Part shown: positions 18,886 to 28,358 of the stretch, piece by piece
How the letters are laid out: the number at the start of each line of letters is the position of its first letter
How positions within the stretch are numbered: position 1 is the first letter of the stretch
Assembly: GCA_034520965.1 (NCBI GenBank)
Contig: JAXHMY010000002.1
Span: forward strand, 96,001-160,000
DNA length: 64,000 nt
Reading direction: 5' to 3'
Source: Spirochaetia bacterium
Lineage (GTDB): Bacteria > Spirochaetota > Spirochaetia > DSM-16054 > Sediminispirochaetaceae
The notes under the pieces: generated by a model
Database searches by the model: none
What the model was told of the DNA's origin: nothing
Seen by the model: the letters and a program-made list of their open reading frames with translations, nothing else
Program-made: the position numbers and the translations under genes

Positions 18886-19524
18886 TCACAGTTTGTTTTG
18901 ATGTTCAACTCTACGGTGGATATACGCGAACTCACTTAGCAGCATTGCAGTTGCTCCCCAGATGCGCCCTTTAGAACTTTTGTAATAGGGTGCGGCTATC
19001 TTTCCACTGCTGGAATCAAATATCCCCTCTTCAGGTTTTTGTAAAAACTCTTTTAGGGGCAGGGGAAGTATCTCCTCCACCTCACTCGGCTGCGGCCGCA
19101 TTTCGACTTTACCATGGGTACAGGCGACTACTGGAGTTACGGAATAGTTACTTACGGCTATAAAAAGTGGCGTCAGAACACCTAATACTTCAACTTCCTT
19201 CGGATCAATACCTATCTCCTCATGCGCTTCGCGCAGAGCAGTTTCGATTGGAAAGTTTTCGGCCCCTTCATGGGCACCACCGGGCAGCGCAATTTGTCCG
19301 CCGTGAGTACCATTTGCGCTACGCCGAATAAGGGGGAGGTAAATTTCAGATTTAGCTTGATACAGCAGAATAAGCACCGCCGCCGACCGGGAATTATGGG
19401 GTTCATTCATATACTGAGCATCAATACGGCCCTTTGGGGAAAGCTCCATATGAACCGACAGCCCCGGCAGTGATTCGGAATTTAGATACTTACACAAGGT
19501 GTCACAGTATTTCTCAAATTGCAT
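18886..19524 (-). CDS. NUDIX CoA pyrophosphatase (NudL/PCD1-like)
   Basis: AAVLILL...RRS...HGGQIALPGG...ALREAHEEIG...IWGATA. Start chosen at ATG 19524. Confidence 0.85.
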   Translation of the reverse strand: MQFEKYCDTLCKYLNSESLPGLSVHMELSPKGRIDAQYMNEPHNSRSAAVLILLYQAKSEIYLPLIRRSANGTHGGQIALPGGAHEGAENFPIETALREAHEEIGIDPKEVEVLGVLTPLFIAVSNYSVTPVVACTHGKVEMRPQPSEVEEILPLPLKEFLQKPEEGIFDSSSGKIAAPYYKSSKGRIWGATAMLLSEFAYIHRRVEHQNKL

Positions 19525-19659
19525 TATCGTAAGTATTATAACTATTTCCGGCTTATGCAACAACAGGTGGATGGGAGTAGCTATTCTCATTTACATGTTG
19601 CATATATTATGAATTCCAAAATGAATTGCTGTTTATAAACGGCTCTGGTATGATAAGCC

Positions 19660-20982
19660 GTGGAGCATCCTGAATGGTACCGTTTAGATAATACAGCAAA
19701 CCTCTATCCATCTGTTATCAGTCGCCGCAACACGACTCTGTTTCGTATTTCAATCCATTTGCACCAACCGGTCCAAGTTGACCGGCTTACTCGGGCATTA
19801 CAAAAATTAGTACCTCGATTTCCCTATTATCAAGTCCACCTCCGTAAAGGTGCCTTTTGGTATACCTTGGAAGAGAACCCCCGAATACCTCTGCCCGTGA
19901 TCGACAGCAAAAGCCCCTGCCGATATATGCCGATTAAGCAACGGGGTGTACTTCCATTCAGGGTGCGGGTTTTTAGCCGTACCATGGCCGTTGAGTTCAG
20001 TCATGCAATCACCGATGGGACAGGGGCACTCATCTTTACAAAATCACTTTTGGCCGCGTACCGTCTAATTGATTTAGCCCCCGATTCGTCAGAATATAAA
20101 GCTCTGTACAGGGAATTTTCGGAGGATCCGGAGATATTTCTATTCGATCAGCCCCCCAAAGCAGAAGAGTTTAAAGACGCATTTCTAAGCCACTTCGATC
20201 CGACCATACCAACGCCGGATCAAGAAAAAAAAGTGTTTCATCTGCCGGGGCGTAAACTTCCGATAGGCCAATATCGGGTAATTACAGGAGACATGCCTCT
20301 TAAGGAGGTTCGCTCTTTAGCCAAGTCTCACAATGCCAGTTTAACTGAATTTTTAACGGCAGTTTATTTTGACGCGCTGCAGCAAATTCAGGAAATAGTG
20401 AAAGCAGATAAGGTGCGGGGTAGGTGGAATCCGGTTTCTGTAATGGTCCCGGTTAATCTTCGAAATATTTTGTTTAGTCGCAGTATGAGAAACTTTTTTC
20501 TCATATTGAACCCGCTGTTGGATACCCGCTTAGGCCATTATGATTTGGATGAAATAATTCACAAGGTCCACCACTTTATGCAGACCCAGCTTGATCATCG
20601 ACACCTGAAACAGCAGATTAGCCGCAACGTAAAGGGAGTGGTTAACCCTCTTCTGAGAATCTCCCCCTTGCTGTTAAAGAATATCGGTCTAAAAATGATA
20701 TATCGGGACTTTGGTGAAAACCGCTTCACCGGAAGCCTTTCCAACCTCGGAATGGCCGTTTTTCCACCTTCTCTGGAGGAGATTGTGAGAACCTTGGAGT
20801 TTGTTCCGCCCCCCAGCACAGTTTTAGGGGTAAAATGTGGTGCCCTCAGTTATCGTGGTCACTTACGGCTTACCTTTGGAAGCTTACTCGAGGAGACTGC
20901 TTTAGAGCGGCTTGTGTTTTCAAAATTAAGAAGTTACGGCATACCAATACATATATCCGGTAACTGGAAAGGAGAGGAATAG
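19660..20982 (+). CDS. Alcohol acetyltransferase-like / condensation-fold CoA-dependent acyltransferase
   Basis: WYRLDNTANLYP N-terminus, HxxxDG motif (FSHAITDGTG), PVNLR...SMRNF and SNLG. Confidence 0.8.
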   Translation: MEHPEWYRLDNTANLYPSVISRRNTTLFRISIHLHQPVQVDRLTRALQKLVPRFPYYQVHLRKGAFWYTLEENPRIPLPVIDSKSPCRYMPIKQRGVLPFRVRVFSRTMAVEFSHAITDGTGALIFTKSLLAAYRLIDLAPDSSEYKALYREFSEDPEIFLFDQPPKAEEFKDAFLSHFDPTIPTPDQEKKVFHLPGRKLPIGQYRVITGDMPLKEVRSLAKSHNASLTEFLTAVYFDALQQIQEIVKADKVRGRWNPVSVMVPVNLRNILFSRSMRNFFLILNPLLDTRLGHYDLDEIIHKVHHFMQTQLDHRHLKQQISRNVKGVVNPLLRISPLLLKNIGLKMIYRDFGENRFTGSLSNLGMAVFPPSLEEIVRTLEFVPPPSTVLGVKCGALSYRGHLRLTFGSLLEETALERLVFSKLRSYGIPIHISGNWKGEE

Positions 20983-21698
20983 TGCCATATTGCCCATACT
21001 GCGGTGTTGAAGTTGATCAGGATACCAGCAATTGTCCACTTTGCGACGGAAACATCCCCAAGGAAGGCCCTCCGCCGCTTTTAAAAGGAGACTATCCGCG
21101 CAAGGAACATCAGCTCTATTATAAGCGGCGATCCTTTACTTCCGAAGAGCGAAGAACTGTTTTGTGGTTCTTCAGCCTTCTGTTTTCTGTGCCTATGACT
21201 ATCGTGCTTGTGGTTGATTTACTACGAGACTGGGCAATCAGCTGGTCTTTGTTTGCACTAGTCGGCATCATTGGTATTTGGGTCGGAATAGCCGTAGGAC
21301 TGTTTATTCGCAAAGCCTGGCTGTTGATGCTGCTCTATTCAGCACTGATTTTAACTGTGAGCCTTGTCATAAATTTGTTAGCCGGAACTTTTTATCTGTT
21401 TTTAGCGTGGAATATGCCTATCATACTTATGGCAGCTGTGCTGATCACCCCTTGTGCCTTATACGCAAAATTTACCAGCCGAAAAGGCTTCAATGTTGCA
21501 GGTATGATTATGTGGGCAATTGGTCTATTTTGCATTGGAATTGACGTACTTATCGGTCTGAACTCGGAAAGTCGTCAATTTCTGCATGGATGGTCGTTGA
21601 TCGTAGCAGCCGCACTAGGGCCAGTGGGGGCCCTGTTGATGTACGTACATTACCGGCTGGGTAAGACGATGTCCTTTCGGCGGTTCTTTCATGCGTAA
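20982..21698 (+). CDS. Membrane protein with an N-terminal zinc ribbon (DUF6320-like)
   Basis: CPYC...CPLC followed by about 6 TM helices; its start overlaps the acyltransferase stop (translational coupling). Confidence 0.75.
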   Translation: MPYCPYCGVEVDQDTSNCPLCDGNIPKEGPPPLLKGDYPRKEHQLYYKRRSFTSEERRTVLWFFSLLFSVPMTIVLVVDLLRDWAISWSLFALVGIIGIWVGIAVGLFIRKAWLLMLLYSALILTVSLVINLLAGTFYLFLAWNMPIILMAAVLITPCALYAKFTSRKGFNVAGMIMWAIGLFCIGIDVLIGLNSESRQFLHGWSLIVAAALGPVGALLMYVHYRLGKTMSFRRFFHA

Positions 21699-21716
21699 GA
21701 AAGACATAAGAAATAA

Positions 21717-22077
21717 TGGAGGTGAGGGGAGTCGAACCCCTGTCCTACTGGGCACCCTGTAAGCGTCTACAAGTTTAGTCCCGACTTATTGTTTCGGAGA
21801 CAGTACGGAGCCGGTACAAACCAACCGTCTCCTAAGATCGACTTTAATGTCCCCAACTCCCGTCGAACATGAAGCCGGGTAAGCTCCGGTTTCTTTCAGG
21901 CATCTATTCCCTCGGAACAGCGTGAATAGAACCCGAGACTACGTTATCTACGCAGCCATTGCAAAATCTGCATTATTATTGTCTGCAGTTAAATTAATGT
22001 CCAGTTTATGGAGTTGTGGCAGCTCCACTTGCAACCTACAGCCGTGCAAGACCAGCAGTCGAATCCGGTACACCCCC
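21717..22077 (-). ncRNA. ssrA: tmRNA; tag peptide (A)ADNNNADFAMAA
   Basis: 5' GGGGGTGTACCGGATTCGAC and 3' GGGGTTCGACTCCCCTCACCTCCA with a G3:U70 pair. The resume codon follows TAACT; the tag ORF at 21986-21948 ends in AA. Lies directly downstream of smpB. Confidence 0.96.
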
Positions 22078-22175
22078 GCGGCTACGTATAAAGTAACATT
22101 TTATAGCAATTAAATCAACATGCCGAGTAATTCTGCGCGCCTGGCAATGTCTGAAATGTTGTGACCTTATGTTGC

Positions 22176-22658
22176 TTACCTCATACGGTCGCGCATTTCC
22201 CTCTGAGCATCACGCTTTAGATCACGATCCTTTATAGAGTTGCGTTTGTCATGGGTTTGCTTTCCCTTACAAATGCCGATGAGCACTTTTACCATACCCG
22301 CCTTCAGGTACACCTTCAATGGCACCAAAGTATATCCGCGCTCATCAACCCTGCGTTGAAGACGTTTAATCTCTTGTTTATGGGCTAATAGACGCCGTTC
22401 CCGAAGGGGGTCATGGTTGTGGATATTCCCAAACTTATAGGCGGCTATATGAAAGCCGAATAAGATCAACTCGCCGTTCATCACCCGAGCGTAAGAATCG
22501 GTAAAAGAGAACTTGCCTCCCCGGATAGATTTTACTTCAGTCCCTTGTAATTCGATACCGCATTCAAGGGTATCTTCTACCGTATAGTTAAAGCGGGCCT
22601 TTCTGTTATCGGCCAGCACCTTAATTCCGCTTTTTCCACTAGTTTCAGTTTCCGACAT
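22176..22658 (-). CDS. smpB: SsrA-binding protein
   Basis: NRKARFNY, GIELQGTEVKSIR, HDPLRERRLL and GKQTHDKR; start at ATG 22658 after SD GGAG. Confidence 0.97.
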   Translation of the reverse strand: MSETETSGKSGIKVLADNRKARFNYTVEDTLECGIELQGTEVKSIRGGKFSFTDSYARVMNGELILFGFHIAAYKFGNIHNHDPLRERRLLAHKQEIKRLQRRVDERGYTLVPLKVYLKAGMVKVLIGICKGKQTHDKRNSIKDRDLKRDAQREMRDRMR

Positions 22659-22659
22659 T

Positions 22660-24351
22660 CTACTCTTCCTCTCCCGAATCCAGTACAATTGGTTCTAGGA
22701 CAATTCGAAACCCTACAAAGGGCGAGCACCACTGGGGCGGGTGGGAGGCACGCCGCCATACCGGTACCTCAGAAGCTCGATTCACCCAGCTTCCCCCGCG
22801 TATCGACTTTTCACTTCCATCGAAACCTGGTACTGCAGCCCCATAAACTCCGTCGAGCACATCCGAGGTAAAATACCAGTTTTCGTTCCATTCCCATACA
22901 TTTCCCTGCATATCAACCAGACCAATTAGACCCTCACGGCTGTAGTTTGCCGCTTGAGGAGCGTCAAATCCACTTTCCCTGACTATTGCACGGGCGCCGC
23001 TGTTTTTTCGGGCGGCAAACTCCCATTCAGTTTCGGTGGGCAAGCGCACGCTAAACCGCTCTTTTAATTCAGAGGGCAGCTTTGACTCAAGCCATTTACT
23101 GTAAGCCTTGGCTGCATACCATGATACGTGTGTTACCGGCAAGGAGGAACTCTGAGAGGTTTCAAGCGAGTTGATAGCTGCATAGCCTAAATATTGTTCA
23201 TCAACCTTTCCCTGCTGAATAAGCTTATCCATGTGTTCTGCATTCCAGTCCGGCTCTTCCTGCAAGAAACGCTCGAACTGTCGCCTCGTGACCTCACCGC
23301 TGGAAATATAGTAAGGCTCCAGCCTCTCGAGGTGAGGAAACTCACTCAGTTGGGAAAAATCATATTCAGCTGAATTCATTGGAAACTCATTGTTACCCAC
23401 AGCCACCTGGCCAGGAGGAGTAATTTCTATAAAAGTGTGTTCCTGCACCTGCAGGGGAACCGACTCTAATTCGCTCTGTGCATACATTTCAAGGAAGGGT
23501 ATACCGTTTAAATGCTCTTTCAGGTCATCACGATCAACCTTATATTCCGGAAGGAGTTCCTCAGCCAAACTGGAGTTCTCCCGAAGGGCGGCTTCAATGT
23601 AGAGTGCAGCTAAAGTCGGTGAGGCACCCCTGCTGACCAATAGCTCCTGTGCTGATTGAATCAATCGCCTTGAGACTTCAACAGAGGTGTATTTTTTTGT
23701 GGACAAAAACCGGTACTCTGGAGAGTTCAAAGAGTGTAGTGCCGCTGCCACATCAATGAGTTGTTCAAAAGAGGCAATATTGTTTAGAAGCATGTGTGAA
23801 AAATCGTACATCCTTTCCGATATAACCTCTTCTGAGGCAAGAAACTCTGAGACCGCCTGCACTCCCCTAAAGGGATAAGGATAATGATCGTAAAAAGAAC
23901 CAACCAACGACCAGTTTGCTACCTGGCCGAATCTCCAGTTGAGGTACTCCTCGGATTGTGAGATATCCATATTCACCAAGTGAGTTTCTGCACGATTAAA
24001 TAAAAGTGTTCCAAATATTTTACCAGGCACTTGGAGTTCTTCATCTTGAGTCTCAAAATAGGGTTTTTCATAACGAACGCTATGTGTCCCCGCCGGGATG
24101 AAACGGGTAAACGGGGTTGAGTCTATATATACGCCATCAACAAATACAGCTACCCCTTTGGGCTGCGAAACAAACTGTATATTTGAGCCATACTTACGTA
24201 TTCCGGGCAGTATAAAGATTGAGAACAAAACCGCCAACAGGAGGAAGGCATATAAAACTGTAAGGTATAGACCAGGTTGAATACCGAATATAGGCTTCAA
24301 TTTCACATCAGAGACTTCTTCTAGCTCGATGTGCTTCTTTTTCTTTTTCAT
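22660..24351 (-). CDS. Membrane-anchored PEGA + FGE-sulfatase (SUMF1/PvdO-like) domain protein
   Basis: N-terminal TM; PEGA (SQPKGVAVFVDG...TP); PVTHVSW, RLPTETEWEFAAR, DMQGNVWEW, RGGSW and GFR. Confidence 0.85.
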   Translation of the reverse strand: MKKKKKHIELEEVSDVKLKPIFGIQPGLYLTVLYAFLLLAVLFSIFILPGIRKYGSNIQFVSQPKGVAVFVDGVYIDSTPFTRFIPAGTHSVRYEKPYFETQDEELQVPGKIFGTLLFNRAETHLVNMDISQSEEYLNWRFGQVANWSLVGSFYDHYPYPFRGVQAVSEFLASEEVISERMYDFSHMLLNNIASFEQLIDVAAALHSLNSPEYRFLSTKKYTSVEVSRRLIQSAQELLVSRGASPTLAALYIEAALRENSSLAEELLPEYKVDRDDLKEHLNGIPFLEMYAQSELESVPLQVQEHTFIEITPPGQVAVGNNEFPMNSAEYDFSQLSEFPHLERLEPYYISSGEVTRRQFERFLQEEPDWNAEHMDKLIQQGKVDEQYLGYAAINSLETSQSSSLPVTHVSWYAAKAYSKWLESKLPSELKERFSVRLPTETEWEFAARKNSGARAIVRESGFDAPQAANYSREGLIGLVDMQGNVWEWNENWYFTSDVLDGVYGAAVPGFDGSEKSIRGGSWVNRASEVPVWRRASHPPQWCSPFVGFRIVLEPIVLDSGEEE

Positions 24352-24358
24352 GATTGAA

Positions 24359-24410
24359 AATGTACAGTTTCGGTTCTAACTTGTCAATGTAACACATCTA
24401 TGCTAATAAT
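24359..24410. promoter_or_regulatory. Overlapping divergent sigma70 promoters (FGE-smpB side and lepB side)
   Basis: Minus: TTGACA (24387-24382)-17-TACATT (24364-24359). Plus: TTGTCA (24381-24386)-17-TAATAA with an extended TG. Confidence 0.6.
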
Positions 24411-24436
24411 TGATTGGTGCTGGAGAAGGAGACTAA

Positions 24437-25408
24437 ATGGAAAAATGGTATGAAACTGTACAGAGTTTCACTGAAAGATATCTCACACGCAGGAAACGAA
24501 AAAAAGCGTATATAAAGGCCAAGCAGAAGGCAAAAAACCCCATTATTGACTGGATTGAAGCCTTTTTATGGGCCGCAATAGTGGTACTTCTGATCAACCA
24601 ATATGTAGCCCAGGCATATCAAATTCCTTCCGGCTCCATGAAAAATACCTTAAAGATACAAGATCGTATTTTTGTAAATAAAATGATCTACGGGCCGGAG
24701 CTCATACCGGGGGCACTAAAACTCCCCGGTTTTGTCTCTCCGACCCGGGATGAAGTAATTATTTTCGAAAGTCCAACCTATATATCAAAGGGCCCCCTGT
24801 TCGATACATTGCAGCGCCTGATCTATATGCTCACCTTTTCGATGGTTGATATTGACCGCGATGCAGAGGGAAATCCTAAACCCCACTTTCTTATCAAGCG
24901 CGGAGTAGGAATGGCCCAGGACAGACTCCGGTTTGAGCGGGGTAATTTAGAACTGCGCCCTCCCGGCTTTGAAGAATGGATTCCGGAGGACTCCTTTAGG
25001 AACTTAGCGGGTCTCCAAGACAGGACGCGGCGTCTCATCGAATCTTCTAGCTATGAATATATTAAGGCTTCTGCCTTTCATGATGCGTATCAGAGTGCCG
25101 GTTTGCAGCCCTCGGCGGAGTTAAGCCGACAAGCAGAACAGATGCCCCAGGTAACGGATATGTTCGCCTGGATGAAGTACCGAAACGAAATGTTGTATAA
25201 AATTTATCCGCAAGAGCGTCGGGCCGGAGCCCTATGGCGAAAGTTCGATACCGGATGGTATATTGCTGAGGGTTACATATTTCCGTTAGGAGACAACCGG
25301 GACAATTCAAGGGATGCACGTTATTTCGGCCCGGTCGCTTTAGATAATGTACTAGGAAGAGCAATGTTTATTTATTGGCCCTTAGACCGTTTTGGAACTA
25401 TACACTAA
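24437..25408 (+). CDS. lepB: Signal peptidase I
   Basis: IPSGSM (catalytic Ser), LIKRGVG (catalytic Lys) and GDNRDNSRDARYFG. Confidence 0.95.
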   Translation: MEKWYETVQSFTERYLTRRKRKKAYIKAKQKAKNPIIDWIEAFLWAAIVVLLINQYVAQAYQIPSGSMKNTLKIQDRIFVNKMIYGPELIPGALKLPGFVSPTRDEVIIFESPTYISKGPLFDTLQRLIYMLTFSMVDIDRDAEGNPKPHFLIKRGVGMAQDRLRFERGNLELRPPGFEEWIPEDSFRNLAGLQDRTRRLIESSSYEYIKASAFHDAYQSAGLQPSAELSRQAEQMPQVTDMFAWMKYRNEMLYKIYPQERRAGALWRKFDTGWYIAEGYIFPLGDNRDNSRDARYFGPVALDNVLGRAMFIYWPLDRFGTIH

Positions 25409-25431
25409 TATTTATATATACGGGGAGAATC

Positions 25432-26214
25432 ATGTCTAAAAGGTCACGTGCACTACGCTACTATCGCAGCTACAAACCACAGGGTCCGTTTAAAAAGAGT
25501 GTCCGTTTCCTGCTCAAACTAATTGTTGTAGTGTTTCTGTTTCACTTACTTATTAGCACTCTATTGGTCAGTTCATATCAAGTTTCTCTTCAGAGCAACA
25601 CTGATGCTTACTCCGAACAACCCGTATATGCCGGCCGTATCCTTGCCAGCCCGTTATTATACGGCCCCAGGTTAAACATACTTGATTATCGTATTCCCTT
25701 ACTAAGAACCGCTAAACGGGGAGAAGTGGTAGTAAGCGAATTCGGAGGTGTACCTGAGTTATCCTGGTACGCCCACGGCCTTAACAGTATATCCAAATTT
25801 TTTACGTTCAATAATTACATTCCCTTTGATGAAAATGAGTTTTCCCATATAAGCCGCTATCAAATTATGCGGGTGGTTGGAATGCCCGGGGACGAGGTGA
25901 GGCTTGATACCTATCGAATAAAAATAAAAACAGCAAGCTCCAGCTATTTTATAGATGAACAGGAGGTTCTGCAGACTGATTATAAGTTAGTTATTCCGAA
26001 TCTCCAGGATACAGGTAGTAACAATTCAGGAGATAGCCAATCCGGTGGTCTCTCTGGTTCGCAGGACACTTTGCAGCTCGCATCGGGCGAGTACCTGTTG
26101 GCACCGGATGACAGAACTCATTTTGCTCTTTCCCGTTATTGGAAACCAGCTACTATGAAAAAAATCGTAGCTAAAGCTCTTCTCGTCTATTGGCCTCAGT
26201 TCCGTTTTTTATAG
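25432..26214 (+). CDS. Signal peptidase I paralogue (S26 family), general-base Lys missing
   Basis: TM helix, RGEVVV, QIMRVVGMPGD, YLLAPDDR and C-terminal YWP; start ATG 25432 after GGGGAG. Confidence 0.75.
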   Translation: MSKRSRALRYYRSYKPQGPFKKSVRFLLKLIVVVFLFHLLISTLLVSSYQVSLQSNTDAYSEQPVYAGRILASPLLYGPRLNILDYRIPLLRTAKRGEVVVSEFGGVPELSWYAHGLNSISKFFTFNNYIPFDENEFSHISRYQIMRVVGMPGDEVRLDTYRIKIKTASSSYFIDEQEVLQTDYKLVIPNLQDTGSNNSGDSQSGGLSGSQDTLQLASGEYLLAPDDRTHFALSRYWKPATMKKIVAKALLVYWPQFRFL

Positions 26215-26215
26215 C

Positions 26216-27463
26216 ATGACCGGCGATTATCGTTATCCGGAACTCCCTATCTACGTACATATTCCCTTTTGTCGCCTCAAATGCGGCTATTGCGATTTCT
26301 ATTCCCTTAGCTCAACTGATGTGCAGCTGCAGACCCAAGTGATACACAACATACTTGTGCAGCTGGAGGTGCTTCTGAATACTCTGCAGCCCAGGCGGGT
26401 TCCATCGGTTTATATCGGAGGCGGTACACCGAATTCGCTCGCCCCACAGCTGTTTCAAAAACTTATCTCCGGCATTGATGCTCTTACTATTCCATTCCGG
26501 AAAGAGAGCTCCGGTTTTAATCCAACCTTTGAATGGACGGTAGAGCTAAATCCCGAGCTAATTACATACGAACAAATATCCTTTCTAAAAGAATCAGGGG
26601 TGAACCGGCTTAGCGTGGGCGTACAGAGTTTCTCAGAGGAGGCGTTAACACTCATAGAGAGAAATGCCGGTCTGGCTGAGACTTTGGACGGCCTTGCATT
26701 AGTCACTGAACACTGGACAGATCGTTGGAATCTGGACATTATCACCGGTTTACCCCGGCAAACCGCAGCGGAGGCACAGAAGGATATTGAAACAGCTATT
26801 GGATATTCACCGACCCATATTTCTCTGTATGCGCTTACCATAGAGGAGCATACTCCATTAGAAAGGAGGATACAGGCCGGGAAGTTTTCCCCTCAATCTG
26901 CGGATGATACAGCGGAGGTTCTAAAACTGCTGTGGAGTACCCTCAAGCTGCACGGATTTACACATTACGAGGTGTCCAACTTCGCCCGTCCGAATCTGGA
27001 AAGCCGGCACAATTTATACTATTGGAGGATGAAGCCCTACGCCGGTATCGGTCCGGGGGCGGTATCAACCCTCAGAAACTCAAGGGGGCTTCCCGCTCGA
27101 GGACAAATTCCTCAAGACATAAAAAAATTTGCTCAAAGCAGCAATCCCTCTACCGAACTTGAGTGGGAAGAGCTTCTGCCGTCCCAATTTATGCTCGAAT
27201 ATCTGATGATGGGCCTCAGGACTATTCCCGGGATCGATGCAGCTGTGTTTCGCCGCATCTTTGGTTTAGATATTGAGAAAACTCTCTCAGAAACTATCCG
27301 GCAACAGACTGCCCTCGGGAGGCTGCGCATCCACGAGCTTAACGAGAGGACCTATGTGAGTGTAACCGAAGCAGGTATGATGCTGCTCGACCACATCCTC
27401 ATTCAAGCTGCTCGTGAAATAGAAGATATTGAACCCGACCTGGAGTGGCCGATCAGCTTTTAA
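26216..27463 (+). CDS. hemW: Radical SAM heme chaperone HemW (HemN-like)
   Basis: YVHIPFCRLKCGYCDF, GGGTP, YEVSNF and HNLYYW. Confidence 0.9.
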   Translation: MTGDYRYPELPIYVHIPFCRLKCGYCDFYSLSSTDVQLQTQVIHNILVQLEVLLNTLQPRRVPSVYIGGGTPNSLAPQLFQKLISGIDALTIPFRKESSGFNPTFEWTVELNPELITYEQISFLKESGVNRLSVGVQSFSEEALTLIERNAGLAETLDGLALVTEHWTDRWNLDIITGLPRQTAAEAQKDIETAIGYSPTHISLYALTIEEHTPLERRIQAGKFSPQSADDTAEVLKLLWSTLKLHGFTHYEVSNFARPNLESRHNLYYWRMKPYAGIGPGAVSTLRNSRGLPARGQIPQDIKKFAQSSNPSTELEWEELLPSQFMLEYLMMGLRTIPGIDAAVFRRIFGLDIEKTLSETIRQQTALGRLRIHELNERTYVSVTEAGMMLLDHILIQAAREIEDIEPDLEWPISF

Positions 27464-27482
27464 TAAGCAGCTACTACTTAGG

Positions 27483-27525
27483 GCAGAACAGAAGCAGAGC
27501 GGAGCGGCGCGGCGCGGCGCGGCGC
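27483..27525. repeat. Degenerate pentanucleotide tandem repeat
   Basis: GCAGA ACAGA A GCAGA GCGGA (GCGGC)x4 GC. Confidence 0.7.
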
Positions 27526-27608
27526 CTCAGCAGAAAAGTAGGCAATCTTGACTGTCAACGTCCATTATGATACTTTCCTAGTATTCACTCAAAGATAAAG
27601 GAGCAGCC

Positions 27609-28358
27609 ATGTCCGGCCACAATAAATGGTCTTCCATTAAACATAAAAAGGGCGCCGCAGACGCCAAGCGTGGTAAAATCTTTTCCAAGATTATTAAAGA
27701 AATTACGGTAGCCGCCCGTGCAGGCGGGGGCGACCCGGAGACGAATCCCGCCCTTAGAACAGCAATTACGAAGGCAAAATCAGAAAATATGCCCAAGGAT
27801 AATATTGAGCGGGCTCTTAAAAAGGGTACCGGTGAACTTGGTGGAGCGGACTACGTTGAACTAACCTATGAAGGCTACGGACCCGGCGGAACGGCCATAC
27901 TGATTGAAGCTCTTACGGATAATAAGAACCGTACCGCCGCCGATATTCGCAGTATTTTCAGCAAACACGGGGGGAACCTCGGTGAAACCGGTTGTGTGTC
28001 CTACCTGTTCCAGCGTAAAGGAATTATCACTTTTGATGCAGCTAACTACTCGGAAGATGAGATATTGGAGGCTGCTCTTGAAGCGGGAGCCGAAGATGTA
28101 TCCGGCTCCGATGATGAGATCGAAGTAGTAACCAGTTCTGATGATTTTTTTACCGTTTCAGATGCCCTCGAAGCGGCCGGTTATACATCTGAACGCGCCG
28201 AAGTAGCCATGGTTCCGGAGGTTACCCTTTCGCTTGACGACGAAACTACCGCCAAAGCGCTGCGGCTGATTGAGCGGATCGATGACAATGAGGATGTAAA
28301 GTCGGTATCAACAAACCTTGATATACCCGACGATTTTGATCCAGACTCTATCGAATGA
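27609..28358 (+). CDS. yebC: YebC/PmpR family protein
   Basis: [22 protein letters not shown] and TDNKNRT. Confidence 0.95.
   Translation: MSGHNKWSSIKHKKGAADAKRGKIFSKIIKEITVAARAGGGDPETNPALRTAITKAKSENMPKDNIERALKKGTGELGGADYVELTYEGYGPGGTAILIEALTDNKNRTAADIRSIFSKHGGNLGETGCVSYLFQRKGIITFDAANYSEDEILEAALEAGAEDVSGSDDEIEVVTSSDDFFTVSDALEAAGYTSERAEVAMVPEVTLSLDDETTAKALRLIERIDDNEDVKSVSTNLDIPDDFDPDSIE

Noticed and set aside
13880..21716. Genomic island integrated at the tmRNA 3' end
   Set aside because: No integrase, and no duplicate of the tmRNA 3' end (att site) was found by eye; the block includes the housekeeping gene rlmKL.
21717..21745. Stand-alone tRNA gene
   Set aside because: The T-arm and acceptor sequence belong to the tRNA-like domain of tmRNA.
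21922..22113. 63-aa ORF on the + strand
   Set aside because: Antisense to tmRNA; a shadow ORF.
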